A stretch of DNA of 64,000 bases. It comes from Candidatus Woesebacteria bacterium RIFCSPHIGHO2_02_FULL_42_20. GTDB taxonomy: Bacteria > Patescibacteriota > Microgenomatia > UBA8517. The position numbers and the translations under genes were made by a program. The notes beneath the pieces are model-generated. The model was not told the DNA's origin. It saw only the letters and a program-made list of their open reading frames with translations, and ran no database searches. The DNA is taken from the NCBI GenBank assembly GCA_001792535.1, contig MGGS01000018.1, forward strand, positions 3,432 through 67,431, read 5' to 3'. This document shows positions 50,427-60,569 of this stretch, piece by piece; the stretch's first letter is position 1, and every line of letters starts with the position of its first letter.

Positions 50427-50990
50427 TTAAAACTCAAACTCGATTACCTCCTTATCCTCTGCAATTTCGCCGATCTGAATTCTAAATTTGGTACGAATGT
50501 CATCAATCGGAAACCCTACTCTGGTTGGCTTTGTCGAAATCGCCTGCACCTCGACCGGGTCGTTATGGATGTCGGGCGCAAACCATTCGTTATTGTCCCC
50601 GACAGCCAACCGCAGATAGTCACGGGTATTTATCTCAATCGCGGAGCTGTGTTCGTTGGTAATTTTGAGATTAATTATGAAAAAAGTCCTGCCTTTAATA
50701 GATGTGGCTTTTTGGCCTTTGACTATTATTTCATCCCGAAGCTCGGCATTCTCAACTAAAAATTTTATTTTACTGATCTCTTTATCTTTAGCGTCTTTAA
50801 GGGAAAACAAAAATTCTTTATTTATTTCTTTATTTGCCTTGGCAGTTGCGACATTGCCGCGCACATCCGAATACTGCACGGCGGGCCTTGAAGTAATGGA
50901 CCGGGCAATCAAAAACAGAAGGAAAAGCACTCCTGCAACAAATAAAATTTTCTTATATTTTTTTGCTTTGTGAATCAATGAGTATTTCAT
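50427..50990 (-). CDS. Membrane-anchored Ig-like (DUF4352-like) protein
   Basis: N-terminal TM; FFIINLKITN, STK..RVGF. Confidence 0.6.
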   Translation of the reverse strand: MKYSLIHKAKKYKKILFVAGVLFLLFLIARSITSRPAVQYSDVRGNVATAKANKEINKEFLFSLKDAKDKEISKIKFLVENAELRDEIIVKGQKATSIKGRTFFIINLKITNEHSSAIEINTRDYLRLAVGDNNEWFAPDIHNDPVEVQAISTKPTRVGFPIDDIRTKFRIQIGEIAEDKEVIEFEF

Positions 50991-51052
50991 TTGACTAAAA
51001 AAACTGCTTCCAAGCTGAGCAGTTTTACATTCGCGCAATATTAACCCAAACA

Positions 51053-51472
51053 TTAGACGAATGTCAAGCGAAGGGCACGTTTCCAGATCTTAAGCTTCGG
51101 AATCTCCAGAAAGTGACTATCATGGGTAACCAATACTGATGCTGTTTCAATTGCTTGGGCTGCAATCCAAACGTCGTTTGTTGGAATCGGAGTCCCTTTT
51201 TTATACAATTCGTTAGTTATTCTCCCGTAAATCTTTGCAGTTTCTATAGATATCTTTAAAACGCCCATTCTTTCTTTACCTAAAAACCTCACCAAAATGC
51301 CTACATTCTCACTGAATTTACTTCCCCTCTGAAAACCAGCGTACAATTCTCCAACAGATATTATCGAAAGATATACAAACTCAGAATTATAAATTTCTTT
51401 TGTAACTGATCTATCTCCCTTTATAAAGAAACTGTAAGAATTGGTGTCTAGAAGAATCTGACTCATTTCCAC
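51053..51472 (-). CDS. VapC PIN-domain toxin
   Basis: ILLDTN, GEL..G, PTNDVWIAAQA, VTHDSHF. Confidence 0.92.
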   Translation of the reverse strand: MEMSQILLDTNSYSFFIKGDRSVTKEIYNSEFVYLSIISVGELYAGFQRGSKFSENVGILVRFLGKERMGVLKISIETAKIYGRITNELYKKGTPIPTNDVWIAAQAIETASVLVTHDSHFLEIPKLKIWKRALRLTFV

Positions 51473-51771
51473 ATGTCATAATCTATTTTTTCAAACATTT
51501 CGTCTATCACCTTGTTAAATTCTGATGCTTCCTTCTCTGTCCAAAGTCCGCTGAATTCTGAGAGATCTTTTTCCATATCCTTTTTTTCTCCTTTTCTCAA
51601 TTTTTTAAATAATCCCTTTTGGAAAGTCTCATAGTCTATGTATATTCCTTCCGGTTTGTTATTTGAAAGAACAACAATCGGCACGCTGAGCCTTTTTGCT
51701 CTTTTGGCGACCTTCTTATAGCTCCTCTGCAACTCCGTCGCAGTGGTAGTATGCGGCATTAATATATTCAT
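51463..51771 (-). CDS. Phd/YefM-type antitoxin
   Basis: TATELQRSY..V, PIVVLSNNKP; overlaps the vapC start. Confidence 0.8.
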   Translation of the reverse strand: MNILMPHTTTATELQRSYKKVAKRAKRLSVPIVVLSNNKPEGIYIDYETFQKGLFKKLRKGEKKDMEKDLSEFSGLWTEKEASEFNKVIDEMFEKIDYDMWK

Positions 51772-51900
51772 ATTACCATCAGATTATCATACACATAAAA
51801 ATCGGTCAAGAAGCACAAAGTTTGATCAATAGGATACTCAATCTATCATACCCACTACCAAGAGACACTCCTATAATGGCAAGTTGTCGAGGAAATTTGG

Positions 51901-53133
51901 TTATTGGCCGGGGATGATGCGCTCAATGGTTATTACTGAATTTTCCTTTATTATTTCCTCCAAGAAAGACTCTAATATCTGTGTCAGTTGGGTCGCGTTC
52001 GTAAGGTTATAATAGCTGTTCGAATATTGGCTAAAAATCCCGACTGTTTTCGTAAATATCTCCTCTTCCTCATTATTTTTTGGGCTGTCCAGTACCGTTA
52101 CCGCATAAACTTTTACATTAGGGTCACGCACACCAAAGAAACTCCTGTTGCTTACTTCCGATAAGTATTGCGAACCAGAGTCGGCGATTCTGCACCTCAA
52201 ATAATCTCTTGCATCATCAAAACAGCCAGCGTTGCTGCCGTGGCAGTTTATATTGTTTGGGCAAAACGAGTCTTTGGTTTTAGAATTGGGAATTCCGTCT
52301 GTCACCAAAACTATAGCCTTACTTACGTCCTGATTGATATCGTTGAAATAATCCTCCGCTTTCCTCAAACCGGCACCAGTATTAGTATAATCCTCAACAA
52401 GACTTGGGCAACGGGTATCTTCGCGCCTAATATTAAGGTCAGTTTCCGGAGGATTTCCAAATCCGCTATGGGCTTCGTTATATAGCTTTTGAAAATTGGC
52501 CATTCCAGAAAGAGACTTGAGTTCTGCTCCCGAAGCATCTTTATACCAACTCGTCGTGTAACCATAGACAACGACACCAAGAGTAAAACGATCACTGTCC
52601 GGTAAATCCATTACCCCCTTAACAAATGACTTTACCGCCTCTCTTTGTTCATAAAATCTTGTTGTCTGACTGCCTTGCCTTGCTTTACTCCCCATACTCC
52701 CCGTGCAATCCATCACCAAAACAATTTCAATGTTCTCTGCGGTGGTAACAAATTCTCGCGGAATGGTCCTCTCGGCTTTAATCTTGCTCACCGCGTACGG
52801 CCTTTGAGTGGTCGCTACAATTGTTTGAACATCAGCATTGGTCGCAAAATCCACTATAAGGTGTGATCCGTCGATGAGATCTTTCTCGTAGTCGTCCAAG
52901 TCGCCAACATTTTCGTACCCCCCCACGATGCGGGCCAAGACATCATTTATTTCCGACTCGGCCGCGTATGTACTAAGAATGGTGTCCGCGGCAGAAAGAC
53001 TGCGGCGCAAAGAAAGTATTATTCTGGACTGAATCAGGGTAATGATAAAAATTGAAACAACGGACAGAAGCATTAAAAGAATTAGGGTTGTTATGCCCTC
53101 TTGGTTTTTTCTTAAACTAATCCCCTGTTTCAA
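51901..53133 (-). CDS. PilX-like N-terminus plus VWA domain (pilus-tip adhesin-like)
   Basis: AAAGGAGG then TTG; QEGITTLILL; MDCTGSM, TNTGAGL, LVTDGIP. Confidence 0.8.
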   Translation of the reverse strand: MKQGISLRKNQEGITTLILLMLLSVVSIFIITLIQSRIILSLRRSLSAADTILSTYAAESEINDVLARIVGGYENVGDLDDYEKDLIDGSHLIVDFATNADVQTIVATTQRPYAVSKIKAERTIPREFVTTAENIEIVLVMDCTGSMGSKARQGSQTTRFYEQREAVKSFVKGVMDLPDSDRFTLGVVVYGYTTSWYKDASGAELKSLSGMANFQKLYNEAHSGFGNPPETDLNIRREDTRCPSLVEDYTNTGAGLRKAEDYFNDINQDVSKAIVLVTDGIPNSKTKDSFCPNNINCHGSNAGCFDDARDYLRCRIADSGSQYLSEVSNRSFFGVRDPNVKVYAVTVLDSPKNNEEEEIFTKTVGIFSQYSNSYYNLTNATQLTQILESFLEEIIKENSVITIERIIPGQ

Positions 53134-53596
53134 TTTTGGTCCTCCTTTGCGATACAACCAGACTAAGATGATCAGATGTGTTTGAAGACCTGACATCTTC
53201 CAAATCGAGTGAGATGTTAAGGCTCGACAGTGCTTCGCCACCCGTAACCGCTCTGGAATAATCTTTAATCGTAACATTCTTTACCAAAACGTCACCGGGC
53301 GTCAAAGCAGCGCCGTTTTTGTACACCTTACCGTCGCTCTCGAACTTGTAAACATTAGCGTCTGCTGTTATCGAATTGCTGTCAAAGTCAATTATCTTCG
53401 CCCAGCGGATATTGTTGGACAACTCAACCTGAATATCATTTTTTGTCTGATCCAAAGTTTGGGACTTTTTGACCTTTCCGCTGGTACCAAACAAGGTAAG
53501 AATCAAAGCACTAGCGCCAAGAAATATGAATGTCGTCATCAAAACTCCAATGATCAGTTCTATCAGCGTAAATCCGCCGCTCTTAGTTGTTCGCAT
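53117..53596 (-). CDS. Type IV prepilin-like minor pilin
   Basis: GFTLIEL. Confidence 0.9.
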   Translation of the reverse strand: MRTTKSGGFTLIELIIGVLMTTFIFLGASALILTLFGTSGKVKKSQTLDQTKNDIQVELSNNIRWAKIIDFDSNSITADANVYKFESDGKVYKNGAALTPGDVLVKNVTIKDYSRAVTGGEALSSLNISLDLEDVRSSNTSDHLSLVVSQRRTKIETGD

Positions 53597-53599
53597 ATT

Positions 53600-54100
53600 T
53601 TAAAAATTTGCCACCAATAAACTTCCTCTAATTTCCTTGGCCTGTCCTTCCTCCATCCAGAATACAGCACTTTCAACAACCCTTGTACTTTGGTCTTCGT
53701 GCGAAACCGGGCTACAAGGGGCAAATCCCACATTAATTCCGGTCGAGATATTCCTGCAAATAGTCTTGATATTTACCGACCGGCTGAAAACGGTATCGAT
53801 ATTTTCATCTACACCGGTGGTCGGTACAAGCTCCCAAGCCACCGGGCTGAATGTCATATCAACGAAAACACTGTAGTCGCCGTCAGGATAACCGTCCCAA
53901 TCGGAAATCAGTACATTATAAGCAGACTCAATTCCTTCTTGTAAAACCAGGCTGGCACGGCCTTCATACTTTGACCTTTCGGACCGCCGAATAAGGAAAC
54001 CGACAATCGGCAGAATAGAAAACGCGATCATTGACAGAATCACGATAGAAATCAAAGCCTCCAAAAGAATAAATCCATTGCGCCTATAAGTTTTATTCAT
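53600..54100 (-). CDS. Type IV prepilin-like minor pilin
   Basis: GFILLEA. Confidence 0.88.
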   Translation of the reverse strand: MNKTYRRNGFILLEALISIVILSMIAFSILPIVGFLIRRSERSKYEGRASLVLQEGIESAYNVLISDWDGYPDGDYSVFVDMTFSPVAWELVPTTGVDENIDTVFSRSVNIKTICRNISTGINVGFAPCSPVSHEDQSTRVVESAVFWMEEGQAKEIRGSLLVANF

Positions 54101-54569
54101 TACTTACCTCCACAACCCCTGTATCGGCCACGGCAACACGGATAAGCCGGCCACCCGGACTAACTAAACTCACGCTTTGATCACCGGGATCAGAATTGTC
54201 TTTATCTTTGGCTCCGGTCCCCACTACAAACCAGATGAAAAAAGCATTCTCAAAAGTTGCGGGAGAATTTAGTACTAGCCTCTTGTCCACCTGCCAATCG
54301 GCAGGCTTGCCAAAAACTATTTCGTACGAACCATTTGCCTCACCCCTGACACCCCAGGCGCTTTCATTTTTGGCCTCTCTGGAAAACACATGCGCGGTAC
54401 GAAGCGAATCGGCAAAAGCTTCCGCAGAAGTCTCAAGCGCACGATTGGCTCTATACTTGGAAAAAGAAAGATAAAGCGTTGGGACCACCACTACCAAAAT
54501 GGCAATTACAACCAATATCTCGATAAGGGTCATGGCAGGTGAACTCTTTGACACAGGCAGGGATTTCAT
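54093..54569 (-). CDS. Type IV prepilin-like (FimT/GspH-like)
   Basis: AMTLIEILVV. Confidence 0.82.
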   Translation of the reverse strand: MKSLPVSKSSPAMTLIEILVVIAILVVVVPTLYLSFSKYRANRALETSAEAFADSLRTAHVFSREAKNESAWGVRGEANGSYEIVFGKPADWQVDKRLVLNSPATFENAFFIWFVVGTGAKDKDNSDPGDQSVSLVSPGGRLIRVAVADTGVVEVSNE

Positions 54570-54570
54570 T

Positions 54571-55023
54571 TTATTTAACCACCAAATTTAGGCTCCCAGT
54601 CTTAACATCCACTTTCCCCCCAACGGTTAAAACAACATTTTCGACGGGAATGGTAATTTCATAATTACCGGCGGCCAACGGACTCAGGTTCAAAGTCCCG
54701 ATTTTGACGGTGCCACGGAATGGCTTTTCATAAACAAAAAAGTCGGGTCTAAAAATAACACCCCCCACCACTGGCAAATCAACCTTCAAATAATTAAGGG
54801 GCGTCACCTCCGACTCAAAAGAAGCCATTAAATCGACTTCAACCGGCTGAGTAGTACTTGCAATTATTCTGGAGGGCGTTAACCAGACATTTAACTTAAG
54901 CTCATTTTCCGCCCTTGTCAAAAATGTCAGTGTGTCCGGTTTACTAATCAAAGTAAGCATAAAGGGGAGAACCAAAGCCAACCCAAAAATGGGTAAAAAC
55001 TTTTTAAGAGTAGCGCGTAGCAT
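54571..55023 (-). CDS. Exported beta-sandwich (cohesin-like) protein
   Basis: TM followed by alternating beta-strand pattern. Confidence 0.5.
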   Translation of the reverse strand: MLRATLKKFLPIFGLALVLPFMLTLISKPDTLTFLTRAENELKLNVWLTPSRIIASTTQPVEVDLMASFESEVTPLNYLKVDLPVVGGVIFRPDFFVYEKPFRGTVKIGTLNLSPLAAGNYEITIPVENVVLTVGGKVDVKTGSLNLVVK

Positions 55024-55034
55024 AATTTAATATA

Positions 55035-55505
55035 TCAAACTTTGACGGTAATTGTGACAACCGGGTCACCGGCGGCTTTTTTAATCTCAACTTCTATCTT
55101 TTTTCCCGCCGATGCGCCAGCAAGCTTGTTAAAGACATTATTATTAGTCTTCGTTACGACAAACGAAGTAACACTCATGCCACGCGACCTTATTTTGTTT
55201 TTGTACCAATCTGTCACTTTTTCGGGATCGTCCCCGGTAGTCAACACGGTAACAGAACCACTGACCGAAACCGTTTGCGATCCGGGATAGTGATAGCTAC
55301 CGGAGGAATCCGGACTGACAAGTTGCTGTGTTGGCACGGGAGTATGGGGTTTAGGCGACGCCGTCGGGATCGGAACAACTGTTTCAACCGGCGTTGCTTT
55401 GATAGACAGCACCTGCTCTTGCGACACGTCAGGTTTACTTACCCGGGTATAAAACACCCCGGCCAAAACCAATATCACCGCACCGATTGTTATTAAAACA
55501 TGCAT
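55035..55505 (-). CDS. Membrane-anchored hypothetical protein
   Basis: TM, Pro/Thr linker, YPGS...DDPEKVTDWYK. Confidence 0.7.
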   Translation of the reverse strand: MHVLITIGAVILVLAGVFYTRVSKPDVSQEQVLSIKATPVETVVPIPTASPKPHTPVPTQQLVSPDSSGSYHYPGSQTVSVSGSVTVLTTGDDPEKVTDWYKNKIRSRGMSVTSFVVTKTNNNVFNKLAGASAGKKIEVEIKKAAGDPVVTITVKV

Positions 55506-55602
55506 TCTCTAATGCCTTTATACCAAAAATACTCGATTTTTCAAAATTAAAATAACTTTTTTGGTTCAAAGCAGTTTACTGATTTATACCAGAAATTTTC
55601 GT

Positions 55603-56580
55603 CTAAGCAAATCCTCGTGGATTATTTTTGTGCCACTTATACGCTGTTTCGACAATTTCCTCCAAGCCATATTTTGGCTTCCACCCGAGCTCTTTTTTGA
55701 TTTTACTGCTACTTGCAACCAACTGTACAGGATCTCCAAGCCTTCTTGGCCCAACTTCATATCTGACTTTTTTCCCTACTACCTTTTCAACCTCACTGAT
55801 CACCTCAAATACCGAGTAACCGCTTCCACTCCCAAGGTTATAAACCATGCTTTTTTTAGTCAGCGACCTCAAAGACAAAATATGCGCAGTTGCAAGGTCA
55901 GACACATGAATATAATCGCGGATACAGCTACCATCTCGGGTTTTATAATCATTGCCGAAAACAAGCACTTTATCCCTTCTTCCAAGAGCAGTTGAAATAA
56001 CAATCGGAATCAAATGGGTTTCGGGTTTGTGGTCTTCCCCCCGCTCTCCGCTCGGCGAGGCGCCGGCGGCATTAAAGTAACGGAGACTTGTATATCTAAA
56101 TCCGAAAATTCTATCCAGCCAATATAAATATCTTTCGATAATGTGCTTACTTTCTCCGTAAGGACTGCCGGGTATAATCGCCGCAGATTCGTCGATGGGA
56201 ATTGTCTTTGGCTCATCGAAAAGATTTGCCGTTGAAGAAAGAATAAACTTATTAACATTATTTTTAATCATTACGGCCAGCAAATTGAGAGCATTTATCA
56301 CGTTATTTCCCAAATACAAAAACGGGTCCTGCATCGATTCCCCCACCAAAGAGCGCGCCGCAAAATGCAGTACTCCGTCAAACTTGTGCTCGTTAAAAAC
56401 TTGCTCGATGGCTTTTTTATTTGCCAAATCACCTTTGATAAATACTGCTTCTTTGGGAACAGCCTCAATGTGCCCTAAGCTCAAGTTATCGAAAACAACA
56501 ACTTCAAAGCCATTTTTAACCAGCTCTTCCACACAGTGGCTGCCAACATATCCCGCTCCGCCTGTAACCAATACTTTCAT
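55603..56580 (-). CDS. galE: UDP-glucose 4-epimerase
   Basis: [30 protein letters not shown]. Confidence 0.95.
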   Translation of the reverse strand: MKVLVTGGAGYVGSHCVEELVKNGFEVVVFDNLSLGHIEAVPKEAVFIKGDLANKKAIEQVFNEHKFDGVLHFAARSLVGESMQDPFLYLGNNVINALNLLAVMIKNNVNKFILSSTANLFDEPKTIPIDESAAIIPGSPYGESKHIIERYLYWLDRIFGFRYTSLRYFNAAGASPSGERGEDHKPETHLIPIVISTALGRRDKVLVFGNDYKTRDGSCIRDYIHVSDLATAHILSLRSLTKKSMVYNLGSGSGYSVFEVISEVEKVVGKKVRYEVGPRRLGDPVQLVASSSKIKKELGWKPKYGLEEIVETAYKWHKNNPRGFA

Positions 56581-56996
56581 ATCAAATTTAATACTCTCGC
56601 CAGCTTTTTTATTTGTCCGCCCGTTCTGGGTAATACTGACCACAAAATATATACCGCAATAAGTGCACCCAACGTATCAAAGACAATATCTCTTATAGTA
56701 GGTTGCCTGCCGGCTGTAAAAGATTGGTGCAATTCGTCAAAACCACCGTATAGTATTGTTAAGAAAATAGAAAGTTTGACAGAACTCATTTTATTTACAC
56801 CATTCCCCAGCAAAGCTCTATAAAGTAACGCGGCCAAAGTTCCAAAAAAAGCTACGTGTAAAAATTTCTTGAAGAAAAAATCCTGCCAATGGACTTCGGA
56901 TACGGCTCCTGTCGGCCGAGACGAAAACCAAAATATGACGGACGCCCAAAAAATCACCGGCCCCAAAAAAAACAAAAATTTTCTAAACTTTTCCAA
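56577..56996 (-). CDS. VanZ family membrane protein
   Basis: [21 protein letters not shown]. Confidence 0.9.
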   Translation of the reverse strand: MEKFRKFLFFLGPVIFWASVIFWFSSRPTGAVSEVHWQDFFFKKFLHVAFFGTLAALLYRALLGNGVNKMSSVKLSIFLTILYGGFDELHQSFTAGRQPTIRDIVFDTLGALIAVYILWSVLPRTGGQIKKLARVLNLI

Positions 56997-57038
56997 TGTG
57001 GATTTATTATATTACAAATTTCAGTTAAAATTCTTTTA

Positions 57039-57503
57039 ATGCATACCGATCAACAGGCCAACAGTCCCGACGTCATTAAAGACATACATCTAAAGGTTGT
57101 AAGAGCCGTGAAAGATGCAGCGTTAAAAGAAATTGCAGAGGAAGATCGTCCACGCAACCGGACAATTGGACCTGCCTTGGATGCCTTCAGACGTTTCCAT
57201 GTCTCAGATCTTACTCTTGGACATCAGCTAACAAGGCTTGCACGCGAAGCTGAGGCCGCCTCCAAACCACTCATTAGCGACACCAGAGACGAGGAAATGG
57301 CATACAGACAGGCAGTTAGAGAAGAAGTTTACCCACAATTGGACGACAAATTAAAAGCTGCATTAGCTAAAGAAGCTCAAAAAGATAAAGAGAGAATGAC
57401 TCAAGCTACAATGAGTGGTGGCTTTGCATTTGGAATTGAGTCTCTACCCGACAGATTGCTATCCAATCTACTATTGGTAGTATCGGAAAGTCTAAAAGGC
57501 TAG
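57039..57503 (+). CDS. Hypothetical helical protein
   Basis: ORF with TAAAAT just upstream of the ATG. Confidence 0.55.
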   Translation: MHTDQQANSPDVIKDIHLKVVRAVKDAALKEIAEEDRPRNRTIGPALDAFRRFHVSDLTLGHQLTRLAREAEAASKPLISDTRDEEMAYRQAVREEVYPQLDDKLKAALAKEAQKDKERMTQATMSGGFAFGIESLPDRLLSNLLLVVSESLKG

Positions 57504-58369
57504 TTTGTTTTATTACTTTGGCTATCAATGAATTCTTTTATCAAGGCTCTTCGTTTAAACAAACTAACACCTGAAAATCCAACTAATCCAAGCCCAACAA
57601 GTACTGGTAAAATTGCCACGACCGGAAAAGAGTTTTGTTCATCACTTACTCCGGCAACTTCACCAATAGGTGAGGGAGAGGAAGTTTCAAACACGACTGA
57701 AGCAACTTCATCTTCCTGGTTTGTCTCTTCGGTTTCGCTAGTCTTAGGAGTAGAAGTAGCTTTAAGAGTAGATTTTGGAGTTACTATTGGAGTTGCCGTC
57801 GGTTTTTGAGTCGGAGGCGGGGTCGGAAACTTCGTCGGAGTAGATGTGGGTTTCGGTGTTGCTGTTGGGGTTGGATCAGGGGTTGGAGTGGAGCAGAGTA
57901 CCTCACTTGAACTTGAATTACTAGCAGCTTTTGTACTTGATGAAAATCTCACAAAGTTTCCTGACCCGTCAGGACTTCTTCCTATAGACTGGCCTGATTC
58001 GGCCGCACAAATTCCGCCCTCATCTCCGTAAGAAACTGTATTGATTTCTTCATTGCTGGAAATAAGAATCAATTTTATTTCGTCACCATCATTGTTTAAT
58101 CTATTTGACCAGTCAAAAGCTGCAAATCCTCCGGGGTCAATAATACTTGATAAGATCTTCTCATTATCGGCTGCATCAACCAGTTTATAAAGCGACAAAT
58201 CATGGGGTAGCGGTGACTCCTGCGGTAGAACGTGGATCTCTACCCAGTCGTCACTTGAGGAACCCGAACTAAACTCATTTATCACAACTTGTGAATAAAC
58301 CTCTCGAGAATAGAGAATTAGACAAAGTATAAATACATAAATTGATAAACCAATTTTTAAAATTCTCAT
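57500..58369 (-). CDS. Lamin-tail-domain surface protein with Pro/Thr linker and C-terminal TM
   Basis: VVINEF..DWVEI, LNNDGD, SIGRSPDG. Confidence 0.85.
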   Translation of the reverse strand: MRILKIGLSIYVFILCLILYSREVYSQVVINEFSSGSSSDDWVEIHVLPQESPLPHDLSLYKLVDAADNEKILSSIIDPGGFAAFDWSNRLNNDGDEIKLILISSNEEINTVSYGDEGGICAAESGQSIGRSPDGSGNFVRFSSSTKAASNSSSSEVLCSTPTPDPTPTATPKPTSTPTKFPTPPPTQKPTATPIVTPKSTLKATSTPKTSETEETNQEDEVASVVFETSSPSPIGEVAGVSDEQNSFPVVAILPVLVGLGLVGFSGVSLFKRRALIKEFIDSQSNKTN

Positions 58370-58397
58370 TACTCCCTATTATTCCCTTCATCCCTAC

Positions 58398-58433
58398 TGT
58401 ATCGATGTATCAATACATTGATACATCGATACA
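58398..58433. repeat. Perfect 17-bp inverted repeat built from 8-bp units
   Basis: TGTATCGATGTATCAAT-ac-ATTGATACATCGATACA. Confidence 0.92.
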
Positions 58434-58494
58434 TCACAACAAATATTTACATTTATTTCACATATCATTATACGTTTGCAAATCTAAATTTTTT

Positions 58495-59658
58495 TCAATA
58501 GTTTACGTGTAAGTAATAAGCATCAAGGCCGTCGTTTTGCTTTACGTGAACGTATCTTAAACTTCCCCCCCTGCAACCGATGGACCCTCGATAAAGCGTC
58601 CCCGCAACCGCCGCTTTGACGGCGTTGTCTCCATTATTATTGACCATATCAATCCCCGTATGTGGAGCGCCGCCATAATAATTGAGGGCTGCCGCGTAAT
58701 GCGTCATACCATAGCCTTGGGTAATTCTTACAGGATCGTTAATCGGCCAAGGCCAACTACCAGAAAATGAAAATGGTCCATCAGGTTTATTATCCCAACA
58801 AGGTACACCCAGAGAACACTCATTAGACAGACTCTTTGTAGAAAGATAGTTCGCCGGATTTTGATGTAATTGATCTTTTACAACCTCAAAATGCAGGTGC
58901 CCTCCACTCGAACAAACAGACGCACCGGGGATAATGGTCGCTATTCGCTCACCCACCCCCACGGCTCCCGCTTCGACTTCGCTTCCTTTGCCGGCAATAA
59001 TTGCCTGAATCGCTTGAATCTCTGCCAGGGCCCGCACTAAAAGCTGTTGGTATTTCTTCTCGTCATTACGGGTAATTTCGAGTAAATTTGCCTTTGCTCT
59101 TCTTTGGCGGTCAAGTTCTTGTTTTTGACTTTCAAGCCTAATTTGCAAGTCCTCCTGCTCGGTTTTTTCGATCTTGTAATTGTTTTGAGCGGATTGAAGC
59201 TTAAGCATTAAGCCACGATCGGCTTCCTGCGCACGTTTCAAATAAAAAAATCTTGAAACGGCGTTTTCCAAATCAGACGCGGTAAACAAAATATCGATAT
59301 CTGTGCCCAACCTGGCCATTTTATAAGTCTCAATGGCTCTTGTCTCAAAAGCGGCGGCCAAACTTTGCAAGGAAGTCTCAAGCTCATCAATTCGCCCCCC
59401 CAGAAGCATAATTTCTTCTTCGGTTTTTTCGATCTCAAGCACCGTCAGCGAAATTTGGGTATCGAAATGTTTAACTTGATTGGAAAGGGTATTTGCCTCG
59501 TTTTTAAGTCTGCTTATCTCATTTTGATATTCTTCTATTTGTTTATTGAGTTGTAACAACCTGTCCTCATCCGCCAGAACAAAAGTTAGGCTAAAGTGCA
59601 TTACAAGAGATAAAGTAACAAAAAGAAGAAGACCAATTTTGTTTAACACTCTTTTCAT
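58495..59658 (-). CDS. Coiled-coil plus circularly permuted M23 peptidase (EnvC/CwlO/PcsB-like FtsEX partner)
   Basis: Signal peptide, long coiled coil; HLHFEV precedes HTGID; ends YYLH. Confidence 0.85.
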   Translation of the reverse strand: MKRVLNKIGLLLFVTLSLVMHFSLTFVLADEDRLLQLNKQIEEYQNEISRLKNEANTLSNQVKHFDTQISLTVLEIEKTEEEIMLLGGRIDELETSLQSLAAAFETRAIETYKMARLGTDIDILFTASDLENAVSRFFYLKRAQEADRGLMLKLQSAQNNYKIEKTEQEDLQIRLESQKQELDRQRRAKANLLEITRNDEKKYQQLLVRALAEIQAIQAIIAGKGSEVEAGAVGVGERIATIIPGASVCSSGGHLHFEVVKDQLHQNPANYLSTKSLSNECSLGVPCWDNKPDGPFSFSGSWPWPINDPVRITQGYGMTHYAAALNYYGGAPHTGIDMVNNNGDNAVKAAVAGTLYRGSIGCRGGSLRYVHVKQNDGLDAYYLHVNY

Positions 59659-60569
59659 TTTCCTTTACTGACCCTCGTCAGAGCCAGGAAGCTGCCTACA
59701 AACGCTATGGCAACCCCAAATAAAGCTTCTAAAGCCAAAAGGGCTCCAAGCATCCCGAAAAAATAACCGGGGTCGCGCGGCAAAACGGGAATATCCTGAA
59801 AGTAACTAATTATATAAGGGCTCACATACATTAAGACCACCGAACCTGCCAGCCAGCCAAAAAATGCGCCGACAACCCCGTAAAAGATAGCTTCAAACAG
59901 GACCGGCAGTCTAATAAAACCCGAGGTCGCACCGATCAGTTTTAATATGTCGACCTCTTCTTTTCTCATTGAAACCCGCATACCTATAACCACAAAAAGC
60001 ACCATAAACGAAGTGGCAAGAAGTACAGATACCACAATCGCTCCGCCAACTCGCACATTTGCCGTAATCGTTTTCAGTTGGTCTACTACATCTCCCAAAG
60101 TGGACTCCCCACCCAGGCTGGCAGTTATACCCACGCTTTCAACATTTTCGTTTCTTTTGACCTCATCAATAATATCCTTTGCAAGCGAAAGATCAGTTAC
60201 CGAAAACTCAACGCTTGCAGGGAAAATATCAGGACTCAATAATTCACTCAAGAGCGGGTTATCGGAGGTTGCCTTTTTGTAAATCTCCAGAGCTTCTTCT
60301 TTTGTAACAAACTTAACACCCTTTACTTTTATATTTGAACTTAAGTCTTTAATCAGGTCCGCAATGCCGGCGTCATCGGACTCGTCTTTTAAAAAGGCAA
60401 TAATCTGGGGCCGTGTCTCAAAGTAATTAATCAGCTGACTGCTTGCGTAAACTAAAAAAACTATCAAGGTTGTGACAAAAAAAGTCAGGGCCAGCACGGA
60501 AATTGCTGCAACTGCCTGGAACGGTGACCGCCGGACGTTTCTCATACTGGTGCGTAAATGATTTAACAT
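59655..60569 (-). CDS. ftsX: Cell division permease FtsX
   Basis: Four TMs, RKEEVDILKLIGAT..FIRLP.LFE. Confidence 0.93.
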   Translation of the reverse strand: MLNHLRTSMRNVRRSPFQAVAAISVLALTFFVTTLIVFLVYASSQLINYFETRPQIIAFLKDESDDAGIADLIKDLSSNIKVKGVKFVTKEEALEIYKKATSDNPLLSELLSPDIFPASVEFSVTDLSLAKDIIDEVKRNENVESVGITASLGGESTLGDVVDQLKTITANVRVGGAIVVSVLLATSFMVLFVVIGMRVSMRKEEVDILKLIGATSGFIRLPVLFEAIFYGVVGAFFGWLAGSVVLMYVSPYIISYFQDIPVLPRDPGYFFGMLGALLALEALFGVAIAFVGSFLALTRVSKGK

